Below are positions 1 through 14,147 of a DNA stretch of 64,000 nt, in pieces (within the stretch, counting starts at the first letter, position 1; each line of letters starts with the position of its first letter). Source of the DNA: Stylophora pistillata (Eukaryota); assembly GCF_002571385.2 (NCBI RefSeq), contig NW_019218092.1, positions 96,667 through 160,666 on the forward strand, read 5' to 3'. A program made the translations under genes and the position numbers. Below the pieces are notes generated by a model. That model was not told the origin of the DNA. It searched no databases and saw only the letters and a list, made by a program, of their open reading frames with translations.

Positions 1-931
1 TGGAACTTAACGCATCTGCTTTGCTGTATTTTGTTTTAATTGGCTTAATAACTGTTGCTTGACATAAATTCACGGTCTTTAGTCTCAAGTCTATTTGAAG
101 CGAGATGGAATGCGCGCCAAACGCCCATTTAACTCCAGGATGACATTGCCCTAATCACATAACATTTCTGCTAGATATGATTAATTGCGTTTTAATCGCA
201 GTTCTCTTAGCGAGTTCCTTTGTTGAACTTCAGCGCGTGCGGAGTTGTTTACTACCTCACTAAAAGTTTTCGCGCTTCGTCAATCACTAACAAATTCAGG
301 TAATTTTTTTGCATTTTTATTGACGGAATCAGATCGTATCATACTCTTTACTTAGCACACTACTTGAGATTGTTTTCTTGTGTTCTATGCAGTACTTAAA
401 AACAAACACTTTTTAATTGAAATCCTTTTTGCCCTTACAGACATTAAACGTTCCGACTTTTTTTCTTTGAGTGGTTTTCGATCAGCGTTTCTGTCTTGCT
501 TATCCATTTTCTGTGTTTAAACTAGATTACGATAGTTACGCGTTTGCACACGAGGTGACCATTGCTGCGTTGCAGGAAAGCATCGCTGCGCTAACGAAAG
601 GAAGAAAAATCACTCGATGATCTTGAAGTCTTCATCTTCAACATCAAACCTTATCTATTCTGGGCTGCTTTTCTTCCGTTAATTTCTCTCTCCTGGCGAT
701 AGACCTTTTTTTTTCTTCTTTGTGTTTTTCCTAATTCAATTTGTCAGTCATTCGAGCTCTTGAAAGCTTATCTAGAATTTGTGTCAATAAGTGCCTTCAG
801 TGCGAAGGATACTCTTCACTTGGAATAAAGCCGAGCGACCAGCTGGGAGAGGAAAGTCTATACGTTCTGAGTGATTGCGAAGAGCAAAGGTGCTGAGGTC
901 GTTATAGTGCACAGGAGAGTTACTTTGAGCC

Positions 932-2438
932 ATGCTACTATTCCAAATCACCGTTTCATTTTTTATCGCTGAATTGAGCTGTCTCCGCCATCCCATCGTT
1001 TATGGAAAGGAGAATTTGAAGACTTCGTTGGAAAAAGCTGACCCGCCAAAGCACAGAGAGAAACGATGGCTATGGGGCGGTAAGACTGGGTCTTGTGTGT
1101 TTCTTACCTTCATTCCTTGAAAATCTATGTCATTTTCACAACTGATTTGCTCAACTCGAAAATTAATTTACATAAGCGCTGTTCCGGAGTGTAAACTGAG
1201 GTTATACTTTATCGGTATGGAATAAAGCCAAAATATGTTGCACTTGAGAACTTCACTGACTCACGAGCGCCATCTTCTTGATGTTAGTTTAAGAATCATG
1301 CTTCCGTTGAGAAAGTTTTCTGAAAAAAAAACCAGCATACTTTTAACTTTGTTGAACCAGAATATTTGCAAGAATCTTGACCACTTCATTTTTTGATCCG
1401 GGCTTAGTTATGTAAACCTTTCTGGGGCTCCGTAGTCAACCACAAATATGGACTTTACTTTACCACTACTTCTTCGCCTAAATTAGATAAAATTGCTTTC
1501 ACGTACCATTCTTCACCAACTGATCATCTATCTCAGGACAAAGATTAGAGACGTTTGCTAGAAAACAAAAAATATTTGTCAAAGGTTTTCTGCTTTTTCA
1601 CCAAGCTCCACCCTATATGATGTTTGGAGGCATCTCAATATTTCGATTTTTATCGCGGTTATAGCAAGTCACGAGATCTTTGGTACGAACATTTTACTTG
1701 ACACTACTTCCATAACTTTTCTCAATTGACCTAGCAAATTAACCCCTTTTTCTTTGGTAATTTCTTCACAGTTCTATATTTTGCCATTCCAAAGGAATCT
1801 TGAAATTTAATGCTCTTTAGATGCCGATATGTCTTGGTTTTTCCTCAAAGAATTTTCGAAAATAAAACATGTCCGTCAGTTTCTAAAATAGATCGTGACA
1901 CATCTCGATTAATTTAATCAGATTTCCGTTCTATTTACATGAAATAAATGTGGCGTTTTTAAGATTAGTGTAGCGTGCCTAGATCACTCTCACTTAGACA
2001 GTCCTTTGGAACCGTTCAAAGTTGAACCTCTGAGAAATCACATTTAGGCGGTGCCTCTTGATATTCGATAGCTTAAGACTGAACCGTTCGGCGAAAGACC
2101 TTTTAATTTGCAATAATTACTCTTACCTCATTGAGTTTTGCCAAATCCTGCAATTTGTTTGTAAAGTTAAAGTATGCATGCAAACTGTCCTTCTCAACAA
2201 GTATCGTGTGTGTGCTCAAGAAGCCGATAAAGAGTATATATGAGTCAAGTGAGGGCCATGTACTAAAGCCGCGAGAATATTCGTGTAAAGGGGCATTGAA
2301 AAGCTAATAGATTTCAACACAAGTGCATTGCCTCTAATCCCTCTTAATCAAAAGGCGCACAGTCTAGGCAGGCTTGTTCGTTTTTGGCAGCAAATGCACC
2401 TTTTTGTTATTCGTTGCACTACTATTCAAAGAAGTCAT

Positions 2439-2469
<31 letters not shown>

Positions 2470-5400
2470 GCAATGCAGAGTATGAACAGATTGGGGTCTT
2501 GTCATACTGAACTTTGCAGTCAGAATTCGATCAGTACTATTTCCTAAACAATAAATCTTTTCCAAAGGGCGGATTTGTGCTAAACAGAGGTGTTTTTGCA
2601 TGCGTTTTTAATCAAAGGTTTCTAAATCCTTTGGCTGTTCTTGAATAGTTTTCAAACGACGTGCAAAATTCGCCAAAAATTTGTAAACAGGTCTTATCAT
2701 TGGAATTTTAGGCATGGAAAACAGACCCAAGAAATAATATTTTCATTGCTTTTTAGATAGTGCAGGAATGTCATTTGCACTCACGGAGACAAGTTCAAAA
2801 CAAAAGATTAATTGCCATTCTTAACGATAACAGTTTGTTTTAAATGCAAGTTAAAAGTTTTGTTGATGTTGATCTATATCATGAGATAGATAATCGATTA
2901 AAGCTTATTTCCGGAAATGAACTGAGAAGAGGGTCTGCTAAACAGTGCTCAATTATACCGGACACATTTCATTTGTGCACAACAGGGCCTATCAGAATAA
3001 CACGACCAAGTGTTTTGAACTCTTTCGTGGAATTCATACTACGAATACACACGGCCGCCATGATTTGACTCCTGCGTGTACATTACTGAGCGCGTGCTTA
3101 CAATATAATACCTAGATGACACTCTCGTAAACAAGACCGGCGATCGTTTTGAACAGCAGGGCGAACCCTAAAGGCTTAAAGAGAACCTCTTTCAAACGTG
3201 TGTAACTATGGATCTTTGTCTATTTCACTTTCCTTGTCTCTAATTAGGGTGTGGTTTCATTCCTGGATGTGAACAGTGTAACGATGGACTTATTTGCAAG
3301 AAATGCAGACCAGTTTTCACCCCTGTGGAGTACGAAAGGAACAAAAAGAAGATCATTAGGTGCAGTCGCTCCTGTCCTCCAGGGTACAATCTCACATCTA
3401 CAAGGGAATATCCCAAGATATGTATTAGAACACAATTTGGTAAGTTGAATCAGTTGCATTCCAAGATCCTTTCTTGAACCTAAGACAAATTCTTGGACAT
3501 TTGGACAAGTCAGATATGCATGGTGGTTTATAGCTATCTGTTGGTACTTGGGCAGAGAAATGATGGTGCATCTCCATCAAGAGAAGATAAATCCTCACTG
3601 TGTCTGTTTTCTTGCTGTACAGGTCACAGTGATCGTGTTTCAGTTCCTGTGCTGAAACAGAGAACATAGATGGCTGTCAAATTATGACTTTATTAATGTT
3701 TGGTGAAATATACCAGATAAAATAGTCACGGAATCCATGCAGGTGAAGGAGAAGTTGATTTCACGTCTGTAGGTCACTGCAAGACTGGCAGCAACGTTTA
3801 AATTATAAAAGACATTTTCCCCAAACCCCCAGTTTAAAGGCAATGTATTTAGCCTTAAAGGTGGTCACCCTTCAGTTAAAAGTAATGATAACCAAAGCCC
3901 TTCATTTCCTTGAAAAGTCATTGTTCTGTTATTTAAGGTTGTTCTGCACGACACTGTGAAGACTGTCAATCTCACAACCCAGTTAGCTGCGCGAACTGCA
4001 GTCAGGGATACTATTCACTACAAAAAAGGGTTATGGGAAACGTGAAATGCGTAAAAAAGTGTCCAAATGGTTTCACCCCTAACGTGAACACTGATGGGAA
4101 GATGATTTGCAAAGATTCGCAGTCAAGTAAGAATGATAAAGTTAATAGTTAGTTATAGTTAGGTGGAGGATCCTTGGGGTGTTTAGCATTGCAGAGTTGC
4201 ACAAGTTATGCCCAAAAATCCTCGGACAAAGTTATGTTGTTTTTTTTTTTTGACAACTCTGAGTTGTTTAGCTCTCGATTTTTTGATTTGCGAATTGTCA
4301 ATATAAAGTGAAGAAAACGAAGAAGAAGAAAACTCAGAAGATGGGGAAGGGAGAACATGGCGGGCTAGCCGTTACATGATGCTTTTCATAAGGGAGATCG
4401 GTATTCATCAGAAACCACACAATTTTTATCTCTGCCATTTAAAGTGTTTAAAAAAATTACTGCTTACCTCCTTAACGTTTTGATATTCTAAATAGAGACC
4501 ATTAGGCTCGAAAAATTTTATCATAATTTCCAAGGTAATGAACTGTGGACGCCGGCATTTGAACACAACTTCTATCTTAATCGCAAACACAAAACGCGAC
4601 ACGTCGTTCATCAACAGCAACTGCGGCTATAGCTAAACCAGAAGGAAACATGATCAGAGTCAAGAGTTATAATTTTATATATACTTTTCAGGTTTCCGGA
4701 CCATACTTTTCCCTTTAATGATGGATTTGTCTTTTTACTGGAACTGGAGAGAAGTTAAACGTCAGTGAACATTAGATGATTCTCTCTAAAGATTGAATAA
4801 CTGTAGTGTATTTTTCAAGAACCCTGCTAACACACAGGCTGATTCAATTTTCCCATTTTCAGAATGCCAATCGTTTGTGCCTAACTGTGCTTCGTGCTTA
4901 GATAGCGTACGCTGTCGAAAGTGCAAGAGTGATCTGCATGTCTTCTTTAACAAAAGCGGCATGGCTTGTGTTCAGAACTGTCCGAAGGGCTTCGTCCCCG
5001 CCGACTCCAACTATTTCGGAAAGTACTGTAAAAGGCCACTTGTCGGTAAGTAATACAATCAGATCATCTTTCCTAAGATAAGCCCTCAATAAAATAATAG
5101 ACCTAGATTTATTCTGTCGATGACAACAATGTAGAGAAAAAATGGACTTGAATATAATAAACTCGTCAAAATTTTTTATGAAATAATTGTGATACCCCGT
5201 GACTAAGCGCACTTTAATTCGTCCAAAGACAAATTGTTTGTTTTACAGCTAGAACTAAGGTTATTCTAAGAAATATATCGCACTTTGCATGCTTTCACAG
5301 GCCAAACAGCCCGCATGGTAGGTTTGGAGAACGCTTGAGAATACTCTTCTTCTCCCAATACTACGCCGCCTGAGTTGTTACGCCAATTAGCGCATACACG

Positions 5401-7597
5401 AAAGTACAGTCAATCGGATTTAACATTGTACACCAGCGATACTGAAGAATAACTTAATTATCATAACGTTTTTTTTCCAACAATTTGCCGCCTGAGTTGC
5501 TACGCCAAGTAGCGCATACATGAAAGTGTACAGTCAATCGGATTTAGCACTGTACACCGGCCATACTAAGAAATAACTTAATCATGATAACTTTTTTTTT
5601 CCCAACACTACTCCGCCTGAGTTATTACGCCAATTAGCGCATACACGAAAGTACAGTCAATTGGATTTAACATTGTACACAAGCAATACTGAAGAATAAC
5701 TTAATTATCATAACGTTTTTCTCCAACAATATGCCGCCTGAGTTGCTACGCCAAGTAGCGCATACATGAAAGTGTACAGTCAATCGGATTTAGCACTGTA
5801 CACCAGCCATACTAAGAAATAACTTAATCATGATAACTTTTTTTTTCCCCAACACTACGCCGCCTGAGTTGTTACGCCAATTAGCGCATACACGAAAGTA
5901 CAGTCAATCGGACTTAACACTCTACACCAGGAATACTGAGGAATAACTTAATTATGATTTTTTTTTTCTCTTAACCGTTCGCACTAAACGGGAAAAATTT
6001 TTCATCAATGGTTGGTCTGAGCTCAAACAAGCCACGATGAATTTCAAAACTATTAAAAATATTAAGTGGGCTTTAAATGTTAACCCAGGTCAGCCTACGT
6101 ATGGTACAAATTTCTTGTCTTTTATTTCTTTGGTATGGAAAGAGTGCCGACTAGTTTCAAACTGTGAGAGATGCCCTGACAAGATCAATTGCCGCAGATG
6201 TGAGCCAAGGTTTTACAAGCTCAAAACAAATCCGTTGTCCCGCGCAAAGTGTGTTTCCTCGTGCCCACCAGGGTTTAATAGGAGAGGAAGGAGATGCCAA
6301 CGGATTAAGGAAGGTAACACAGATCAAAGCGATCGATGAGTGTTTAATTGTAGCTTGTGATTTATTGGCGAGTAGGTTTGCAACTGTCTACCTCGCTCTG
6401 TTATCAAAAATTATCTTAAATTGCCCATTTTATTTACAAACACTTCAACGACGTCGTTTCTATCGTCTTTTAGACGGATGCTCTGACGAGTATTGTTTGG
6501 CATGCAAGGAAGGCTGGTATCGCGTCAATTACAACAAAAGACATTGCCAGCGCAAGTGTCCCAAAGGCTTTTACACTCTGGGAAAAAAACAGAAATTCTG
6601 TCTCCGTAAGTACAAAAACTATATGTTAAGCTGGTTGCCAAGCAATGACATAGAGATTGGTTCACAAAGAAATGACCATGCAGTGACGATTCTAAGACCT
6701 TTGAGTTTTTCCTTCACTTTGGAGCCAGTTGTAATAAAGGGGAGGTTATTTATATGAAAGCACTCAGGAGATTCACCAACTGGATTTCTAAGGCTCACTA
6801 CTTCGAAGCCGAGGGCAGATGGTAACTTAACGTATTTTCAGTAAAAAATGAAAACAATTACATTAAAAACGAAGTAAATTATCAAAATAATACAGAGGTA
6901 ATGAATTCAAAATACGTTGAGATAAACGTTTGGTCAAGTTATTCGCTAAATTGTCGACTAGCAACAACATATTCTCTCCTTTTTCTACGTAATTTGCATA
7001 GGATGCTTAGCCCGATGTGAAGAATGTACGAACGGTTTTGACTGCAGCAAGTGTGATCCGGGAACTTTTAAACTTGTCCAGGGTTTGCACACGTCTTGTA
7101 TGACAAGCTGCCCCTTTGGCTACACGAGCCATGGTAACAACAAAACCGGAAGAGTCTGTACACTTAAAAGGTTTGTGAAATACCATACAAATGGAATGCT
7201 AAAAGAGGCCAACAGAGCCTTTGGCAAAGGGCACCCCTTTAAGATCCTTATTGTTCATTGTATGAGCATGTTACCTGGTGAGGTGCAAATAGGTGCGACG
7301 CCAACTGTAAAATTATTATTCAAAGTCTAATTTTGAAGGTGAGCCTTTTCTCATACTCCGTTACGCTTGCATGCTCCTCAAAGGTCGTCGGATATCTTTA
7401 TCAACTGGAGATGGTTTGACCTTTCTTGATGATTCAATGCCCTCTCTCCACTCAAATCTGAGTAGTATTTTCCCTTACTATCCAACTGTGCTTCGTAGAG
7501 TACAAATAACGCGCGAGACGAGTACAAATATCACGCGATATTTGTACTCCAGAAATATCCACGAAATTCGCCCGCACCGAAATAACAATTTGGCGTC

Positions 7598-7629
<32 letters not shown>

Positions 7630-7684
7630 TGTGTAGTACGTAATAAGATATTTATTTCTATACAGGATCACACGACCAAGCTGA
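932..7684 (+). CDS. Secreted furin-like (FU) Cys-rich repeat protein, R-spondin FU1-FU2-like (gene 1), ~400 aa, 8 coding exons: 932-1079, 3248-3439, 3938-4126, 4863-5045, 6143-6313, 6474-6605, 7002-7170, 7666-7684
   Basis: All junctions are GT-AG and keep frame (phase 1, last intron phase 2). Exon 1 encodes a hydrophobic N-terminus (MLLFQITVSFFIAELSC) and REKR. Exons 2-7 each encode one C..CxxC..CxxC..CxxxCPxG[YF]..C module, e.g. CGFIPGCEQCNDGLICKKC...CSRSCPPGY...IC (exon 6 is a shorter 6-Cys version). Ends RITRPS*. Confidence 0.85.
5356..5960. repeat. Intronic tandem repeat, 5 units of ~120-127 bp in A-B-A-B-A order
   Basis: Recurring gcctgagttg(t/c)tacgccaa(t/g)tagcgcatac. Units 1, 3, 5 and units 2, 4 share diagnostic bases. 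Confidence 0.9.
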
Positions 7685-8471
7685 CGCTGTTGTGATGACA
7701 TCAGACCAGGGCGGGCCCAGCCTCTCTCCGCCATGCATCAGACCTATATATAAACGTGGAAGAAAAAAAAAAGGGAACATGCATGTCCAGTTAGATAGCT
7801 GCTAAAAATGGGAGTTTGGCTTGTTGTTTGTTTGTTTGTTTGTTTGTGTTTTGCAACTAGTTTAAAGCAGATGTTCTAGAGTACATGCATGTGAAACGTT
7901 TATTTGGGAATTTGTTCAGAGCTTTTTTCAGCGCCATTCGAGAGATAAACAGTGATGAGAATACCTCGGGATATTTGAGTTGTACAAGCCCACTAACTAG
8001 CTTCTAATTCGCTGAAGGTCCAGTCAGGTCAGCTTAGTATCCCCATTTTAGACAGATAAACCATATTCATTTTGGAAAGAATTCCCAAATGATGATTTAG
8101 CAAGTTTATAGTAAGTAGTAAACCATTTAAAGTTGTGAGACTAACTTAAACTCTTTCTCACCCAACTCTCTCCTTCCCTTCCAATTAGGCCATCATAAGA
8201 GACGCTAAACTATTCTTCCACAGCACAGACTTGCTATTTCTAACTAACTAACTAATTATTGTAGGGCAAGGAAACAGGTCGTTTAAAAAATGATGGAAAG
8301 CGTTGAACAGACAATTATTGGTTTAAGTGTATTCTTCGTAAATTAGACGTATTAAGCCGATACCACACATAACAACAAGGACAACAACGACAAAGAAGAA
8401 GTTCAGCTCCCGAGAACACTGTATGCTTTGATGTCAGATGATGCCTTTCCTCCTTAAACGTTTAATTTCTT

Positions 8472-8750
8472 TTATTACACGACTCGGGCAGTCATAGGGC
8501 CAATAACTAAAATCAACCAATCAAAATGTTCTATTGCCGGTCAATATTCTCTAAGTATTGGACCGGGCACTGACTCGAATGATACCGCACTTACATCCAT
8601 TTGAACTTCAGTCGTATAATAAATCTCTTATTAACCAAGCTTTCTCGGGAACGTACTGGAAGAATATCGGCCCTCGGTCTTTTTTGTACGGACCTCGGGC
8701 CGATATTCTCCCAGTAAGGCCCTCGCGCTTGGTTAATAATAAGATATATG
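8472..8750. mobile_element. Non-autonomous palindromic repeat (Crypton-like terminal hairpin)
   Basis: Imperfect palindrome ~8625-8745: ttattaaccaagc...tactggaagaatatcggcc / ggccgatattctcccagta...gcttggttaataa. Family assignment is from recall only. Confidence 0.5.
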
Positions 8751-9691
8751 TATGTCACTGATGGTAGGGTTAGCTGCCTCTGATAAAAAAAAAAGTATCT
8801 GAAAAGGCAAAAAAGTTTTGTCTTTTTTTAGAAATAACTTATGTATAATCATCATTGCATCGTCATTCCAAGAAAGTTCGACAAACGAGGGGAGATTTCA
8901 TCTCAAAAAAGTTCAAATCTCCAGTTATACTGTGAAAGAATAGCTCCTCCCAGGATTTTAGAATTAGAATGCAGTAACGTAACAACTAGTGTATAAGTTG
9001 TATACCCGCGATACATTGACGGGTGATAATAAAAGTGAGGAGCCACTAACTCCTTTATAGTGCCTTAAATAATCAGAGATGAGGTGCAGATATGGGAATT
9101 TTTAGATTTATCCTTGAGCTACCCTATTCCACCTCCCTTCTTCCGCCACCAAAAATAAATATATAAAAGCTGGCCCTATAATAGTGATATGTGATCGTGT
9201 CTTTGCAAGAATTTGGTATCAGACGAGTTGTAAAATAAACCCAAAGGTTTGATAAGGATGGGGGGGGGAGAGGGGGAAGGGGATTCAGACCCTCTGTTCC
9301 TTCCCTCTTGATCCGCCACTGGTGATGAACACGTGCTGTAATCTCGTTCCCAGATCCTACCATGTAACTGAAAATTAAATTTAGTAATCTCGTGCCCAGG
9401 TTCTATCGTGTAACTGTAACTGAAATGTTGGACCTTACAACCGTTTGGCCGTGGAAGGTCTGGCAATGAGAGTACATATTTTAATCATTTTTATCATCGT
9501 AACCTGTCTTACCTGTTAACATTGCGCGACGATTATCAATGTGTCACTTTTCAAAATGGGGAATACCACGTTTTCTGACAGGTTGCATTATTTGAGAAGG
9601 TCGCTTATCAGTTAAAGGTGCGCTTTTAAAGTTTGGCTGGACATGTTGAAAGAAATAAATAGTTTAAAAACTGAGTGAAAATACAGCAGTT

Positions 9692-11471
9692 CAGGGGCGT
9701 AGTGTGAGATTTTGAAGGTGTACGCACAGGCGCCTCAAAATAGGGGGGTCTGGGGGCATGCTCCCCCAGAACATTTTGAAATATAGGGTCTTGGAAATGC
9801 CATTTCCAACTATTTCCGCAGAACTTTTTTATCATGATAAATGCGACGGAAAATGCAGCAGTTAGTTGTTTATTTCCCCTATCTCTATAGTTTTAAAGCT
9901 AAAAGGGTGTTGGCTTCAAAGAATTGACAAGTCTAGGAAGCCAAATAATGTTTCTTGTCGTTTATGGATTAATGAAGAGGTACTGGAAAAACAAATACAC
10001 ACGCCAGTATAATTCGAAATTTAAAAATCGGTCCTATTTAATCTGCCTATAAAGTTGTCCATTCTACAGAAACCGCCTTAGTTCAAGTGCAGAATGATAT
10101 CCTACGCGCTGTTGATACAAACCATTCTATTGTTTTGCTACTATTAGACTTATCTGCGGCCTTCGATACAGTAGACCATTCTATACTGTTGTCAAGACTA
10201 GAGCAAAGATTTGGTGTAAAAGGAAAAGTAATCCAATGGATTAAGTCTTATCTCATAGACCGTGAACAGTTTGCACAAATTCAAACCTGTTAGTCAACGT
10301 TACGCAAATTGGTACATGGTGTTCCACAAGGATCTGTTTTGGGCCCATTATTGTATGTACTATATACTTCTCCAATAGCTGATATTATTAAGAGCTATGG
10401 TCTACAATATCATTTATACGCTGATGACACGCAAATTTATGTGTCTTTCTTCTCAAGTTCGCAAGATGAACTATCAACAGTTAAATCTAAAGTGGAATTG
10501 ATTCATGGATGATATAGAACGGTTTGAAGCTCAACCAAGATAAAACCGAATTGTTACTCATCAGTTCCAGGTTTCGTCAAGTCCTGTACTCAATTTTTCT
10601 GAAGTTGGTGATGAAAAGATTAGCCCAGCTCAATCTACAAGAAATTTAGGAGTGTTTTTCGATCAACATCTAACAATGGATGAGCAAGTTAAAAAAGTCT
10701 GTCAAGCTTCGTACTATCACCTAAGGAACATAAGTAAGATACGAAAATATCTCAGTCCGGAAACTGCTGAAATTGTGATTCATGCTTACATTACATCTAA
10801 GTTGGATAATTGCAATTCCCTTCTTTATGGACTACCTGACTATATGAGTAACAAGCTACAGTCTATACAGAACGCTGCTGCGCGAGTTATTACTTTGACA
10901 AAGAAATGGGAACATATTACACCTGCATTAAAGAAAATCCATTGGCTACCTGTTAAGTATCGCATTATCTTCAAAATACTTCTACTTGTCTATAAAGGTT
11001 TACGTGGCTTAGCTCCAACCTATATTGCTGAACAGTTGCATCAAAGGAATTATGGCTCTCATGTACTGCGTTCCTCATCACAAATGCTCCTGATGGTTCC
11101 AAGAACATTTCGAAAGAACTATGGTGACCGTGCCTTCTCTATTTCCGGTCCCAAGCTTTGGAACGATTTACCATATTGCCTGAAAACATCTGAATCTGTT
11201 GCAATTTTCAAGAAGAACCTTAAAACATACTTGTTCAAAGACGCTTTTTAATTTACGATTTTTTATAATTTAATTGCTATGTTGATTAGTCTATAATTTT
11301 GTAAAGCGCTACGGAGAACTAGTCGAGCTTAGCGCTATATAAATGCTTTTTTATATATTATTTATTATTTATTTTATGATAACTGTGACAAATGCTATAA
11401 GGGACTAAAAAAACATATTTTCTAGATTTCAACTGTACGCACGGGTGTACGTGCGTATATGGATGCCAATG
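9692..11471. mobile_element. MITE-like element interrupted by a LINE
   Basis: Left end caggggcgtag...gtgtacgcac; degenerate right end gtacgtgcgtatatggatgccaatg lies after the LINE tail. Confidence 0.4.
10038..11376 (+). mobile_element. 5'-truncated L2/CR1-group LINE, reverse transcriptase pseudogene
   Basis: [33 protein letters not shown] and HWLPVKYRI...LKTYLF; stops and frameshifts; (tta)-rich tail. Confidence 0.95.
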
Positions 11472-14147
11472 TAATAAAATATGTATGCTCGATTTTATAA
11501 TTTTAGTTTACTTGATAATGACGTTCTGGAAACGTCGAAACGTCGTGTCATGCTTTATAATATTTTATCGCAGTTTTTCATTGTCAAAAGTAAACAAATA
11601 GCCAATAGAAAATTGAATAATTCAATTTGCGCTAAAATAACCTTATTAAATAGAAATGCCTTTGTATACTGCTTTACCCGCTTTTCAAGCTGAAAAACTT
11701 AACGGTAAAGGTTCCGCAAAAAAACTGGATTGTTTATCTGTGATTTCAAGTGGAAACGGTGAAGGGTTAATGCTCTTACCTTAATAATTCTCCACCCGCA
11801 TGGTAACCTTAGGAAAAGAATGAAATCAAACCGGATACAGAAAATCAAAGACACGGACAACAAACAAAAGACGCAAATACAAAATAAAAATTAATGATTA
11901 ATTATATTGATGTTTCACCTCCTGTTGAAAGACCAGAACATGTGACCCAGCTTCCTTTGCACGTGACGAAAGGTTTGATTTTCAGGAGAGATCAGCGCAT
12001 GCGTTAAAAACAAGCTGAGACTCAAATAAAGCCAAGCCGGTGCACAACCGCCCCTAACCTTCATAAAATATACTGAGTGGGGAGGGGATAGGGGAAGTGG
12101 TGCACAAGCCTTTAGAGCCAGTCTAACTTGTTTTCAAACGGTCTATTGGGTTCATGTTCTTGGGCTCTTTATGATCCAAGATTTTGAAGGTACTAGTACT
12201 GGGGATGAAGAGGTGACACACAAGACCAGTCAGTTGGTACAAGCCATTTCTTACATTCCAAAGCCACTGTTTTAAAAAGAGGATGAGTGTAAACCGTTCG
12301 GCACGGAAATAATAGATCATTCTCGTTCAAATAAAAATATTTTTTTCAGGGTTGGTTTCTCACTTCCTCTCATCTTGAAAGTGAGGAGTTTTGTAAAGTG
12401 GTAAAGGCCAATTAGATTGAGATCGAGCAGAAAGATATGATGAGTACGTGCACTCAAAGCCAAACTGAACATGCTGAATCGAATATTTCCTATTTGGGGC
12501 AACAAATGAAGAGGTGAAGTAGAATGAAATCATATTACAACGCAGTTGGGTTGCAAAAAGGTCTTTCGACGTTTGAAATGCGTTTCACATTTCATCCTGC
12601 CGACAAATCTATACAGCGTTTCTATTTTTTTTTCTCAACCTCTTTTTATTTTTTTCTTCAGAGTACCCCGCAGTTGAATGATCATTTTTTTTTAAAATCA
12701 CAGTTGATTATGAGATTTGGAAAAAATACAATTTTATAATTTTCAAGTTTCAAGGGATCGCTGCGAAAAAAAATATTTAAGTAGTGTTTTCAATAGTGTT
12801 AAAGCTGCGTTTGCAGTTGCGTCCGTCTTGTCTGGCTTACGTGCATGACCTCATAAACCTTATCTATAATGCACAACCACAATATTCCAGTTCCGATTTG
12901 TGTTAAATCAGTCAATTGTTTGTTCGTTATGATTGACAAAAAAGCCGCTTATATTGCCAGCCGATAAAATTATGACCTCTCAATTTTAAACAGAGTGGGT
13001 TCTGAAAGCATAATAGAAATTACAATATACTTCACCCTGTCTGAGGAAGCAAGACAAGACCGTCAACAACAGCAAAACAAAACAAACCTCATAAGATGGA
13101 AAGCTTACACATTTTGAACAAAACGCAACTGAGAAAAAATAAAACTGGTCGGGGAAAAATAGGCTTGAATGAGTTATGTAGAATCAGTATAGAATAAAAA
13201 TTAATTTCTCAGATTAGAATGATAATTTTAATGGCAAACATGATCTTTGGGGAAGACAAATTTTTGTTTTTTTTTATTCTATACCAGCATCGAAGACAAA
13301 TATGACTGAGGAAGGCGCTGATCACAAGGGCTAGTCCCTTCCTTTCTAGCCAGATCCCGTTTACTTGACTGTTTGTAATTAGCTCTTTTGAGAATCGCGT
13401 AACAAGCTAACTACGATCGGCCTGAAAGAAATGTCAGATAAACAAAAGCTAGAACTTTCTCATTTATAAATGACCTTTTAAGATAAAAAATGAGAGGCTT
13501 TTATGCGAAAGGTAAGTAGCTGAGTCAAGCAATCTGAACTGTGTTGGTCTGAGTATGCCTGACATAATAAATCCCCACTTTCAGCTCAGTTAAGACTCAT
13601 TACCTTAGGTAACAATAATCACCGATGGTTCTTCTTATCTGCATCATCGTAAAATGAAATTTGTGAGATCTGTCAAGAATTTCCTACGATTATCAACCTT
13701 AATTTTTTTTTGACGTCAAGAATGAAACATCTAGAAAAAAAATATGACACCACCAGATTTTTCTGATTCTCCGGGAGTTCATCAAAACAAATGAAATTAA
13801 AAATAGTCGTTGGAAAGTGTTAATTACGATTGCATATTGCTTTGTACCACAAAAAGTATTCTCGTTGAGTATCCTTAAGAAGTAAAATTTCCTAAACACC
13901 ATTTTAGAAAAGGAAAAACAATTCGCTTCTGATGGCGCCAGTTTTAATTAACCGCATTGACACTAATGTTAGTATCCTTGACAAGAGGATGTGATAAGCA
14001 CGTAATATATAGCTGCTAACCCTTCTTACTTAATTAACAGAACTGCCTGCGGTCCATTTGTCTTCAGGTGCATAGGCAGGGAGGATACGCAGTTCAACAA
14101 ATGATTTCTGTGAGAGAAAACGACTGCAAGGAACCAACATCGTCAAC

